Below, one piece after another: positions 34,674 to 44,512 of a stretch of 50,658 bases of DNA. Below the pieces are notes generated by a model. That model did no database searches. It saw only the letters and a list, made by a program, of their open reading frames with translations, and was not told the origin of the DNA. Numbering within the stretch: the stretch's first letter is position 1; the number at the start of each line of letters is the position of its first letter. Source of the stretch: an uncultured Nitrososphaerales archaeon (GTDB lineage Archaea > Thermoproteota > Nitrososphaeria > Nitrososphaerales > Nitrososphaeraceae); assembly GCA_963709405.1 (NCBI GenBank), contig CAVPXM010000070.1:1-50658 (forward strand). Reading direction: 5' to 3'. Both the position numbers and the translations under genes were made by a program.

Positions 34674-35639
34674 TAATTATTACCACACATATTCTTATAA
34701 TATACTTATAGACTTATAAATGTACTATTTTTAAGCTTGTATCTAAAAATGACATCATTTACATTTACTTTTTGCTGAAATCACAATGCATATCTGTAAT
34801 TCGAGGCCGAGACCCTACCGTTTTCTAGAAGCATATATCGAATTATTGATGAATAAGTGGATAGATATTCGATCTAGACAAGTCGAAGATAGACGCAAGA
34901 AACGTGTTAGATTTAAACATTGTCCAATTCTAACACACTGTAAAATGTCAATTCTTACTTGTCAATGATCCTACATTAGATAATTACTCAATTACAATTA
35001 ATGCAAATATTGAAACTACAAATAGAACCTAGAATAATTGAACGCTAATAGAATTAATGATGTATTTGTTAGCTGACAAATAAAGTGATAGTCATGGACA
35101 GTGCCATTTTGCTTCATCTGCGTCAGTTCCGGTAAATTTGATTCAATTCTAACAGTCTAGTTTTCCATCATTCACTCATCTGCAAGTATTCGATCTTCGA
35201 AGAAATTTGTTTCTTAAGCATTGATATATATTTTGTAATCTAGAACATGTAGGCTAGTCTAGAGCCGAATTTCATGAACATTTTTTAAATTAGATAGATC
35301 ATAAAATAGGGATTGTCAAACACGGCTCTTACGACAGAATATTTTCACTGGAGACTCGACTTTACTGGTTTAGGCAAATTGACTCAGTGGATGTGGATTA
35401 TTACTGTAAATTGCTTGAATTAGCACTTGTGATATGAATTAGATCTAGGCCAAGACTCATGTTTTAACTATCATAAGAAATGGACATTGAACTGAAAGTG
35501 GGAAGTTAAATTACAAGGCACGGAAACCAGAAACTACTTTTTCCTACTTCCCATTCGTTCATTGTCTGTTATCAATGAAAACCATGTTGATTCAACTTGA
35601 ATTTAATATCAATTATAATCATAAGCAAAACATATTGAT

Positions 35640-36561
35640 TTAGTTTCTTTTTGAAACTTCTAACGCTTTCAGAGCACTCTTTTCTTTATCTTTTAGTTCA
35701 AGCATTATATCAAAATCCAAACCTTCGGTTTCTTTTAGGAATGTTTTAAATAATCTTGTATCAATTGTTTCTGCATGTTTACCTTTTCTGTTTTTATTAT
35801 TTCTTTCATTTCCTAGATCTTGACTACTATAATCAACTATTGGTAAACCATCTCTATTTCTATCCCATGTCGACATAGCTTCTTCAAGAGCAATTTTCAC
35901 AGATTCTCCATTACCGTAACACTCATGATGAAAGCTATCAAAAACTATTGGAATGCCCCCTGTCTGTTGATTGATATAAAGGCAATCTTTTAGATTATAA
36001 AGGTGATCATCGTTTTCTATGACGAGTCTTTTTTTAATCATGTCACCATCATCTAACATATTGATATTGTTATCATATGTCTTAAGAAAGCGGTCTATTG
36101 CTTCTAGTTTATTTCCATAAACACCTGCCACATGTATTTGCACCTTTGCTGTTTCATCAAGACGCATTGTATCTAAAACCTTACAATGATATTTTAATTC
36201 ATTAATGCTGTTTTCTAATATCTTACTGTCACGGGAGTTAAGAATAACGAATTGATCAGGATGCATAGAAATACGAATGTTGTGCTTTTTAATGTAATCA
36301 CCAATCTGTTCAAATTCCGATTGAAAAAACTTGTACCAACCAAATTTACAAATTGGATGTGAGGCAAAAAGAAACTAAGTCTGAGCTAATTCTAAAAAAT
36401 AATAAATTGCTTTTGACATTGTACTTGAGAATTTCATTCAAACGAATTAAGTTGTTTTTAACAGTTTGAATTAGACTGCTTTCGGAATAAGATGCTAATC
36501 TAAAAGTAGAAGGAGCCTTTCGTGGAATACTGTTATTTATACAAGGATATCCTATTTTCAT
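35640..36561 (-). pseudogene. uvsE: UV DNA damage endonuclease UvsE/UVDE with a single +1 frameshift in a T5 run (36366-36370)
   Basis: MKIGYPCIN, TFRLAS, FFRISSDLV/ASHP, RISMHPDQFVILNS, QIHVAGVYG, LVIENDD, IVFDSFHH, GKHAE, DIMLELKDKE; 922 nt = 3n+1. Confidence 0.93.
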
Positions 36562-36743
36562 GGTGAGGTATTTTAGTTTTTTTAAGAGTATAGAGCTGGA
36601 TCTTAGATATATGCTCAAAACTTATGATGCGATCCATGATTGTTTTCGTTTGGAATCGTGAGTTCATCGCACGGTGTGTTAAGGAATACAAATTATAATT
36701 TGTAAATAAGAATTAGAAAAGGTCAGACTTATTTGTTTCCATT

Positions 36744-37094
36744 TTAGTTGTTCGGCCGTATTCCAATAATATTTTTTTGCGGATCTTCCAATACAGCATA
36801 ATATCCTTCGGATATTTCCTATTTATCTTTGACAACTATTCTTCCAAGTTGATCTGCTTTGGTTATGCAATCTTCTAGTGATCCCACATTGACAAATTGT
36901 GTTGATACTTGTTATGGACATTCTTTCTGCATTAGTGCTCCACTAATTCCACGATTTTTATCATATCGTAGCCTTGTGTTTGCCATTCTTAAGTCTTGGC
37001 CAAATAATGAAGAATAAAGTTCCAAGCATTCTACTTCGTCTGGAGGTACTTCTAAATGACCTAATACATATTTGATACCATTATTTCTTTGCAC
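36744..37094 (-). pseudogene. VOC/glyoxalase-family relic
   Basis: HLEVPPDEVE..YSSLFG, GISGALM, then past stops QFVNVGSLEDCI..GYYAVLEDPQKNIIGI. Confidence 0.75.
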
Positions 37095-37725
37095 AATATT
37101 TCACCCGATTTTTGCTTTCATCCTAATATTCCACCTAATTCTAGCTTTTGCTTTAATGTCCGTGAGCCTGTTCCAGTACTTATCTTATCTTGCCATCTGC
37201 TTGGCTATCTGATAACATGTTTGCGATTTTCCCAGTTGTACGAAGCTCGGAATCAATTGAATCCTTTAGTGTATAGTATATGTTCAGTTTCCTTGAAACT
37301 ATCTTATACTATCCCATTTCTTAAATGGCCCCTGAATTTGTATCGTAACTAACCTGCTATTCTCTTCCTTATCTACTGCTTCTCATCGCATTTCTTCTTG
37401 TTTTCCCATGTATTGACCTTTTACTCTTTCTGAGCATTCTTCATTTTTTGAATCTGATATATCTTCAGATTCTTTTGCTATTTATTGTGGCCATGTTTCT
37501 TGTAAGTTACTTGGAATTGTGTAGTATTCAGAGACTCTTTCAATGGGCACATTAGGATTTGTTTGATATGGAACTTGTGTCATATCGCTGGGATCTGTCT
37601 CATATTGTATTAAAGGATTGGACATAGTGTGATGTAGTTAGGCTCTATAATGATTTATGATATGATATAGTCCATTTACCATAAACTTTGTTCTGATTCA
37701 TCGAATGATGCAGAAGCAATACTTC

Positions 37726-37767
37726 AAGTTAGCACTATGCTGATAAATTAGCACGCGTTTATATATA
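37726..37767 (+). promoter_or_regulatory. Promoter P1 with putative operator
   Basis: AAGTTAGCACTATG (37726-37739), second TTAGCA at 37748, TTTATATATA at 37758, ATG exactly 30 nt later. Confidence 0.75.
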
Positions 37768-37787
37768 ACCTCTGGATATTGGAATTT

Positions 37788-37988
37788 ATGAAAATAAATA
37801 ACAAAATTTCGTGGGGACTGGCTACAGGGGCCTTAGGCATAACAATTGCCGGTGCTTTTAATGGTACTGCATTGTTAGGATTAGTAAGCATCACAGCTGG
37901 GGCATTGGCGTTGGTGACTGCACTTTTAGCGAAACAGCAGATAGAGAAAAAGAAATTGAAACCAGAATTGGCATTGGAACTAAAATAA
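37788..37988 (+). CDS. Small two-helix membrane protein with basic tail (66 aa)
   Basis: MKINNKISWGLATGALGITIAGAFNGTALLGLVSITAGALALVTALLAKQQIEKKK; TATA box at -30. Confidence 0.75.
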   Translation: MKINNKISWGLATGALGITIAGAFNGTALLGLVSITAGALALVTALLAKQQIEKKKLKPELALELK

Positions 37989-38208
37989 ATTCTAGCCCAA
38001 AATTTTTTATTCATGAGTTTGGCGACCGGGTGGCATATATCACTTTTAACTTAATGCAGAAGTGCTGAGGTATTCTGACGCTTACCAAGAGACAACATCA
38101 AGAAGCTAATAAAATTAATAAAAGCTTGGAATATCTTTACTGCTGACATATTTTGTATCTTGTTATAAAGGCCCTTGATTCCAAATAACAATTTGATGAT
38201 GCTGAGCT

Positions 38209-38250
38209 AAGTTAGCACTATGTAATATATGTTGGCATTATTTATATATA
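38209..38250 (+). promoter_or_regulatory. Promoter P2 with putative operator
   Basis: AAGTTAGCACTATG (38209-38222), TTGGCA at 38232, TTTATATATA at 38241, ATG exactly 30 nt later. Confidence 0.75.
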
Positions 38251-38270
38251 GAGTATTCCCATGTTTAGTT

Positions 38271-38624
38271 ATGGCAGTAGAACAACAAATTAGATTTGTG
38301 TTAAATTTAAGTCTGGCTGAAAGCTATATCTATGGAACAGCCATTATGTCTGATAAGTGTTATTCAATTAATATTCAGCAAGCAACAGACGATTTAGTTG
38401 TTCTTCCAGCAGATTTCTCTGATATCGAATGGTCAAGTAAAGCATTAGTTTCTTTTGGCCTGTCCATGGCCAGTTATAGTAACAAAATCACCATAATTTC
38501 GGAAATAAAAGTAGGCCCAGGAGATCTTATAGAGGTATACTTAAATCAGGATAATATCCTTCTGGCTCTTGCAAATAACCTTCCTTTGGAGTTGACCTTA
38601 CAGACAAAACCTGTAAGCATGTAA
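38271..38624 (+). CDS. Hypothetical beta-rich protein (117 aa), first gene of a probable operon with the SDR
   Basis: ATG 38271 lies 30 nt after the TATA box; 24-nt gap to the next gene. Confidence 0.7.
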   Translation: MAVEQQIRFVLNLSLAESYIYGTAIMSDKCYSINIQQATDDLVVLPADFSDIEWSSKALVSFGLSMASYSNKITIISEIKVGPGDLIEVYLNQDNILLALANNLPLELTLQTKPVSM

Positions 38625-38648
38625 ATAACAAAGGCAGATAAATAAATT

Positions 38649-40085
38649 ATGCAAGATTATGAAACTGGATATAATGCTAGTTTTGATAGCAAAAAAAAGG
38701 AAGCAAGAGTAAGAATACTGGTGACAGGTGCAAGCGGCTTCATCGGTAGCCGAGTGGTATCCAAACTACTATCGCTTTCCTCATCTCCTCATTTATCTAA
38801 CAATAGCTACGAAATATTATGTTTGACCCGTAACAAAGAATCTTTGAAAGACCGTTATGAAAAACACAAAGATGCTATTAAAATAATCGTGGCAGATGTA
38901 AATGATTATTCTCAACTTGTAAAAGCCATGACTGGAGTAAATATCGCATTTTATCTTATTCATTCAATGGAAGGTTCTTCGAAAGAATGGAAAAAATTTT
39001 CACAAAGAGATCGAATGGCCGCAGAAAATTTCGCTAAGGCTGCTACAGAGTGTGGAGTTGACAGGATCATATATTTAGGAGGATTGATTCATGAAGAGAG
39101 CAAAGAAGAGTACAGCAAGTTATCCGAGCATATGCGCAGTAGAAAAGAAGTTGGTGATATTTTAAGGACATCTTCTGCTAGAGTTACGATTTTCCATGCT
39201 GCAGTAATCTTAGGACAGGGTGGAGGCTCTTTTCAAATGTTAGAATACCTAGTTAAAAGGTTACCCGTGATGGTATGTCCAAAATGGGTCTTGACTAAAT
39301 CTCAACCGATATCAGTAGATGATGTGGTTGAATACCTGGTTAAGTCGATTGATGTGAAGGAAACTGAAGGTAGGGATTTTGATATTGGCGGTACAGAGGT
39401 TCTTACATATCTTCAAATGATGAAACGTTATGCAAAAATGCTAAAGAAATCCATAAAAATAATAATAATACCATTTCTTACTCCAAGATTATCTTCTTAC
39501 TGGGTTGACCTTATTACCCCGGTGAGGGCTTCGTTAGCAAGACCACTGATAGATAGCCTAAAACACGAGGCGATCGTAAAAGACGATGCAATAAAAAAAT
39601 TTATTCCACTTAAGCTAAAAACTTTTGAAGAAGCGATAAAGGCTGCTGAGGAAGAAGAATATGTAAAAAGAAAGACCACAGGACGGCAGCGGACATCACA
39701 CTCTCTAAATAACAAACTTCTCATTGTCTCGTTATTCTTAATGGGAGCTATTGGCTCTACTTACTATATATTGGATACACGGATAGAAGTATTCCAAACT
39801 GGATGGCTAGTTTTAAGTGGTTTGTGGTATATCTCGATTGCCTTTTCCCTTTTTTTCGTCTTCAGTGGAGCAAGGCTTGGAGCCATTACCGCAGGTGTAA
39901 TCGGGTGGATAACTCTTATATTTTGGCTCGTTGATAATATTTATACTGTTTCGGGCAAGTCTTTGATCGCTACGTCTCCTGATATAACAATGGTTTTGAG
40001 AAATTTTGTTGGCGCAGGCATAGCTCCATCAGTTGTAGCAACATCGCATAATGTCTATCATAAAATAAGAGTGAATGGCGTTTGA
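38649..40085 (+). CDS. YbjT-like atypical SDR (NAD(P)-binding) fused to ~4 C-terminal TM helices
   Basis: ILVTGASGFIG, FYLIHSM, IIYLGG, LSEHMRSRKEVG, GGGSFQML, QPISVDDV, LTPRLSSYWVDLITPV..LARPLIDSL; hydrophobic last ~120 aa. Confidence 0.9.
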   Translation: MQDYETGYNASFDSKKKEARVRILVTGASGFIGSRVVSKLLSLSSSPHLSNNSYEILCLTRNKESLKDRYEKHKDAIKIIVADVNDYSQLVKAMTGVNIAFYLIHSMEGSSKEWKKFSQRDRMAAENFAKAATECGVDRIIYLGGLIHEESKEEYSKLSEHMRSRKEVGDILRTSSARVTIFHAAVILGQGGGSFQMLEYLVKRLPVMVCPKWVLTKSQPISVDDVVEYLVKSIDVKETEGRDFDIGGTEVLTYLQMMKRYAKMLKKSIKIIIIPFLTPRLSSYWVDLITPVRASLARPLIDSLKHEAIVKDDAIKKFIPLKLKTFEEAIKAAEEEEYVKRKTTGRQRTSHSLNNKLLIVSLFLMGAIGSTYYILDTRIEVFQTGWLVLSGLWYISIAFSLFFVFSGARLGAITAGVIGWITLIFWLVDNIYTVSGKSLIATSPDITMVLRNFVGAGIAPSVVATSHNVYHKIRVNGV

Positions 40086-40151
40086 CATTTAGTTAGGCAC
40101 TATAAAGGTTTCTAGGCACGTGCTTTTATACTCGGAATTCAATAGACGAAT

Positions 40152-40725
40152 ATGGAAGTTGAAAAAAACCGTCGAGAGAAATTTATACTCTATTGTTCCC
40201 TCGCAGGTTTTATTAGCGCATGGGCCATTTCTGGTCTCCTCGTTGTAGTCGACATTATATCGGGCAGACCCTGCTGGAACATTTTTTGCCATCATTGGGG
40301 TATCATTAGGAATTAGTGATCCGATAGCAGCGCAGTATATTGGCTTCATACTACATGTTCTAACTGGGATGGCTGCAGGCAATGTATTTGGACAAATTTC
40401 ACTTTTCTGGTCAAAGATAGCACCTTACAACTCAAAGGAAGGTATCGTTAAAGGAATCATTGTTGGTATGGCATTATGGATAGTATTGTTTGTTCCACTT
40501 GCAACATTCGTAATACAACCACGGCTTGATTCATTTGCATCTTCAGCACCTAATCAATATATTTATAATATAGCCGGTCATTTTGAAGGCTTGTATCCTA
40601 TTATTATAGGTGGCTCACTCGTATTTCATCTGATATATGGTGCGTTGACTGGCTTTGTCTCTGGAAGGATGGCTGAGATAGAGACATTTACAAGAGTTAA
40701 AAATAATGCGATAGTAAAGCCATGA
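40152..40725 (+). pseudogene. Four-to-five TM membrane protein with intramembrane histidines, single +1 frameshift near 40265
   Basis: MEVEKNRREKFILYCSLAGFISAWAISGLLVVVDII/PAGTFFAIIGVSLG..GFILHVLTGMAAG..LVFHLIYGALTG; 574 nt = 3n+1. Confidence 0.78.
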
Positions 40726-40837
40726 ATTTTTTGTTGTAAAATATTTAATGTAGCTATTTCAGCACCAGAAGCGTGGCTTACTACTAATCGGATATATATG
40801 ATGAAAGATGAAGTATTAATAATATGCCTGATTCAAA

Positions 40838-41713
40838 ATGGTATATATCAGAAATAAGAAAGTAAAAGGGATTGATTACGCTTATCTAGTACGAAGTATA
40901 TGGGATCCCCAAAGAAATGTGTCCCGACAACAGACCATAAAATATCTTGGTAAGGCGTCGCAAATAACAATTGAAGATATTCCAGAAGAATATAGAGATG
41001 ATGCAAAGATTCTGGCCTTTGTGTCAGCATTTAGCTCTGATCATGAAGAAAGGAAAATGCTCGTCTCAAGGATTCAAGGGGAAATGTTTGCGCTGCTAAC
41101 CGATTGCAATATTAATGGTCTTGTCGATCTCTATGAAAAATACTCCAGATTGTTTAGTTTGACCGAATTTTATGATAAGCTGTTAAAACCTGTAATGTAT
41201 AGGATTGGAGACTTGTGGCGGCAAGATAAATTAGATGTCGCAACTGAGCATGCTAGCACCAATACTGCAATTAGCTTGATTAAGATAATAAATGAACGAA
41301 TGACCGGAAGAACTAGAGCGCCTCAAACATCATCCCAATACAAAGCTGTAACTTGTACTCCTGAGGGTGAGCAGCACGGTCTGGCCTGTAACATAATAGA
41401 ATCACTTCTCTTAAACAAGGGATTTAAAGTATACAATATCTCGACATCCGTACCTACAGACTATGTTATAGACTATATACGTGACTTACAACCAGACATC
41501 ATATTTATCTCTATAACTCTTGCAGAAAATATCAAACCAGCCGAAAGACTTGTACAACAAATTCATGCAAAGTATAATAAACTACCAGTTATGGTCGGAG
41601 GTTCCGCATTCAATAAGGTAGACCAATATCAGGACAGCACAATTGATGCCTTTCTTATGAAAAATGCTTCATTTGATGACATAATGAAATTGGTTAAGGT
41701 ATCTTTAATATAA
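40838..41713 (+). CDS. CarH/LitR-like cobalamin-binding regulator (putative photoreceptor) with non-MerR N-terminal domain
   Basis: LLKPVMYRIGDLWRQDKLDVATEH (Wx9EH), CTPEGEQHGLA (ExH), G-KVYNI, PDIIFISITL (SxT), VMVGGSA; basic beta-strand N-terminus. Confidence 0.85.
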   Translation: MVYIRNKKVKGIDYAYLVRSIWDPQRNVSRQQTIKYLGKASQITIEDIPEEYRDDAKILAFVSAFSSDHEERKMLVSRIQGEMFALLTDCNINGLVDLYEKYSRLFSLTEFYDKLLKPVMYRIGDLWRQDKLDVATEHASTNTAISLIKIINERMTGRTRAPQTSSQYKAVTCTPEGEQHGLACNIIESLLLNKGFKVYNISTSVPTDYVIDYIRDLQPDIIFISITLAENIKPAERLVQQIHAKYNKLPVMVGGSAFNKVDQYQDSTIDAFLMKNASFDDIMKLVKVSLI

Positions 41714-41937
41714 AAATAGTAGGTCCTTAATTTAATTAAATAGGTATTAACTACTGGGGTTACAATCAACATAATATAGTAGGCTGCATAGAAAACCTTC
41801 TTAAAGTAACTTAAAGGCGTGATAGCTGGCGACAAGGGAAATATGACCTGCTACTATCAAGATACTATCCAAGATTTGCAAACCCAAGGTATGCTATAGC
41901 CAACTACTATAGAACAAAACGCTTCAAACCGAACATA

Positions 41938-42066
41938 GCCATCTATTCTAAGAAACCTCTCAAGAAATCATACAGTAATTACATTTGATAATCGTGGAGT
42001 TGGAAATACTACGATAAGAGCCAAATTATTCTTGATTCAGCAATTTGCGAATGATACTGTTGATTT
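41938..42066 (+). pseudogene. Alpha/beta-hydrolase fragment
   Basis: PSILRNLSRNHTVITFDNRGVGNTT..IQQFANDT. Confidence 0.7.
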
Positions 42067-42258
42067 AGAATCTTTAGTATATCACATATATCATACTCTC
42101 CTTTCCATTGTGAACATGGTGTTGTTGCCATATATTAGAGCAATAAATCAATTAAGAAAATAATTCTTAGTATATGATCATTGCTGTTATATATTTTCGT
42201 AGTATTAAAAGTCACTGTGCCTCACTACTCTATTGATAATGAGTATTTGAAGTGTCTA

Positions 42259-43209
42259 TTACACACTTAGTACTATATTTAATGAATCATATTTTTCAGC
42301 CTTCAACAATATATAATCAATAACTCCATGACTAGAAGCAGCCTTCATTTCTAAAAGTGATTTATAAAGAATAGTTTCAAGAAATTTTGGGTATTCTCTA
42401 ACAATAATGTTCTTTAATTTTTCTCTGTTCTCAATATAATAATTCGCTAACGGGCCATATACATTTCGGCCTATATACTGGATATCTTTGATTTCGAAAC
42501 CATGTGTTTTAATCATTGATTTAACGTATTCTAACTTGTAATGTTCTGACGCCCAAGTTACAGACAGTATTCCAAGTTTTATAAAAAGTGGTAATGATAA
42601 CAAATTAGAGGCATTTGTTATAACTGGCATTGCTAATACTACAAGTCCGGCGCGTTCTAAGACCCTATTTGATTCTTGTATAAATTGTATCAATGGTTTA
42701 AAATGCTGCGCAGATTCAAAAGCAATTACTCTATCTACAGAATTATTTCTAATTGGTAACATTGTAGAGGTGGCATTTATATGAAATATATTGTTATTTC
42801 TTAAACTCTTAAGAGAGACTAATCCAACGCTATGATCTATTCTTTGACTATTTGACTTGAAAGCGACAGCAATCTTCAATTGTTGTAAATTTATATTTAC
42901 ACATAGCATTTTCAGGAAACCATATTGTGATTTCCATTGAAGTGCCGGAGCAGAGTATCCGCTACCAACATCTACTAAACTTCTTGCTGTCTGCAAGGAC
43001 GCAAATTCTCCAATCATTTTAGAGAGTGTATATTGTGCCTGCAAAGGCTTTTGAGTCTTGTCGTCCCAGTATCCAAAATTGAGCATATTCCCTCCAGTTG
43101 TAATTTGCATTAGGCCTGAGAGGGAATCGTAAAGACTAATAACATCATGTTCATTGCGTCTAAATGTGGATAGAAATAGCTTAAGCAGATTAATCAAAAG
43201 CAATATCAA
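42259..43209 (-). CDS. Class I SAM methyltransferase, sterol/tocopherol/CFA-like clade
   Basis: LYD..MLNFGYW, LVDVGSGYSAPA, INLQQL, SVDRVIAFESAQHF. Confidence 0.85.
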   Translation of the reverse strand: MILLLINLLKLFLSTFRRNEHDVISLYDSLSGLMQITTGGNMLNFGYWDDKTQKPLQAQYTLSKMIGEFASLQTARSLVDVGSGYSAPALQWKSQYGFLKMLCVNINLQQLKIAVAFKSNSQRIDHSVGLVSLKSLRNNNIFHINATSTMLPIRNNSVDRVIAFESAQHFKPLIQFIQESNRVLERAGLVVLAMPVITNASNLLSLPLFIKLGILSVTWASEHYKLEYVKSMIKTHGFEIKDIQYIGRNVYGPLANYYIENREKLKNIIVREYPKFLETILYKSLLEMKAASSHGVIDYILLKAEKYDSLNIVLSV

Positions 43210-43491
43210 AGAGAGATGGGCAATTTTGCCTATTTAATTGAATTGGATGAGATTATGACCTAGATCTTATTGTCTCTTGATGGTGAGAAAGGACAAATGA
43301 CAACAAGGACAATTATATCTGCAAGAAGAGCAATCACAATGTCGCGTTTTTTCTCATGAGCTATTGATGTATGGTTTGTGAATAACAAATCTTGGATCAA
43401 ATACATAAATGGCCAAAATTATGAAGAAACAGCTCATGTGAAATAATTGAGCATTAAGAAACCTACTTTTCGTATAATGTTACAGCAAAAA

Positions 43492-44100
43492 TTATTTTTC
43501 TGACCTAAGGCTTATTTCAAGAGCATCTTTAACATTTTTATTAAATTCCAAGGTAGTTTCTGTAGTATGGCTCATATATCTACCAGAATTTCGAACATAT
43601 TCTAGATAATCCTTCATTTCATTTTCATATAGTATTACATTGTCTGCAACCACAACTGAATTCCCTTTCATCAAATTATTCTCCTCTATGAGTTTAAGAT
43701 ACTGTAGATATTCACTTTTGGCTGCATCCAAAAATACCAAGTCAAATTTGTAACCAGCAAGCGTTGGAATCACGTCAACGGCATTATCACAAATTACTTC
43801 TATCTTGTTTGACAATCCTGCCTTATCTACGTTTTTTCTTGCCACTTCTGCAAGATTTTTATCTATTTCAATGGTAATTAGTTTTCCATCATCAGAAAGC
43901 GAACCTGCCATCAATATTGCAGAATATCCTTGCAAGGTTCCAACCTCAAGTATCGTTGTAGGTTTGTAATTTTTGATAATATCACATATAATTTTGCCCT
44001 TGATAGGCCCAATTGAAGGAAGATATTCTCTTTTAGCTATTGCTTCCAATTCTCGTAGAAGGTTGGATTTTTGTTGGTCTTCATCTTTATTCTTGGTCAT
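43492..44100 (-). CDS. O-methyltransferase (catechol/caffeoyl-CoA OMT-like)
   Basis: PSIGPIKG, ILEVGTLQGYSA, ITIEID, FDLVFLDAAK..Y, VVVADNV. Confidence 0.93.
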   Translation of the reverse strand: MTKNKDEDQQKSNLLRELEAIAKREYLPSIGPIKGKIICDIIKNYKPTTILEVGTLQGYSAILMAGSLSDDGKLITIEIDKNLAEVARKNVDKAGLSNKIEVICDNAVDVIPTLAGYKFDLVFLDAAKSEYLQYLKLIEENNLMKGNSVVVADNVILYENEMKDYLEYVRNSGRYMSHTTETTLEFNKNVKDALEISLRSEK

Positions 44101-44221
44101 GACTATTATTACTTTACCAGGTCATATCTCTTCTTGCCAATTATTATCTCTTAGTAAGCTAGTCACCTAAGGAGATTCAATCCATTGTTTTATGATCACG
44201 CAATAACGTATCGAGATCCTA

Positions 44222-44470
44222 CTATACATTGGTACAATTATAGAATAAATGAGAAGTTTTATCATATAGATGATTCGATATATTTCTAATACCTTCTACA
44301 AAAGTCTGATACATGAAAGGCAGAGTTTCTTTAGCCAGATCATCTAAATAGTTTTGTGATTGCAAGGTCTGGTATTGAATATCTCTGCATATAGTTGAAG
44401 GATCAACATTTAATTCGTTAGCTATTTCATAATCTTTCATACATCTTTTCAAGAGTCCAAAGTTTCTCAC
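44222..44470 (-). pseudogene. HTH protein fragment related to the 631-1018 relic
   Basis: MKDYEIANELNVDPSTICRDIQY..SQNYLDDLAKETLPFMYQTFVEGI; both ends truncated. Confidence 0.65.
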
Positions 44471-44512
44471 GTCTTTCTTGGATATCTATTCTATTATGTG
44501 GAATGCTGATTC

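Noticed and set aside
40089-40382. 97-aa minus-strand ORF
   Set aside because: Antisense to the frameshifted membrane gene that starts at 40152
37600-40840. Cobalamin riboswitch near the B12-binding gene
   Set aside because: No B12-box or GGGAA/GCCACTG core found on inspection
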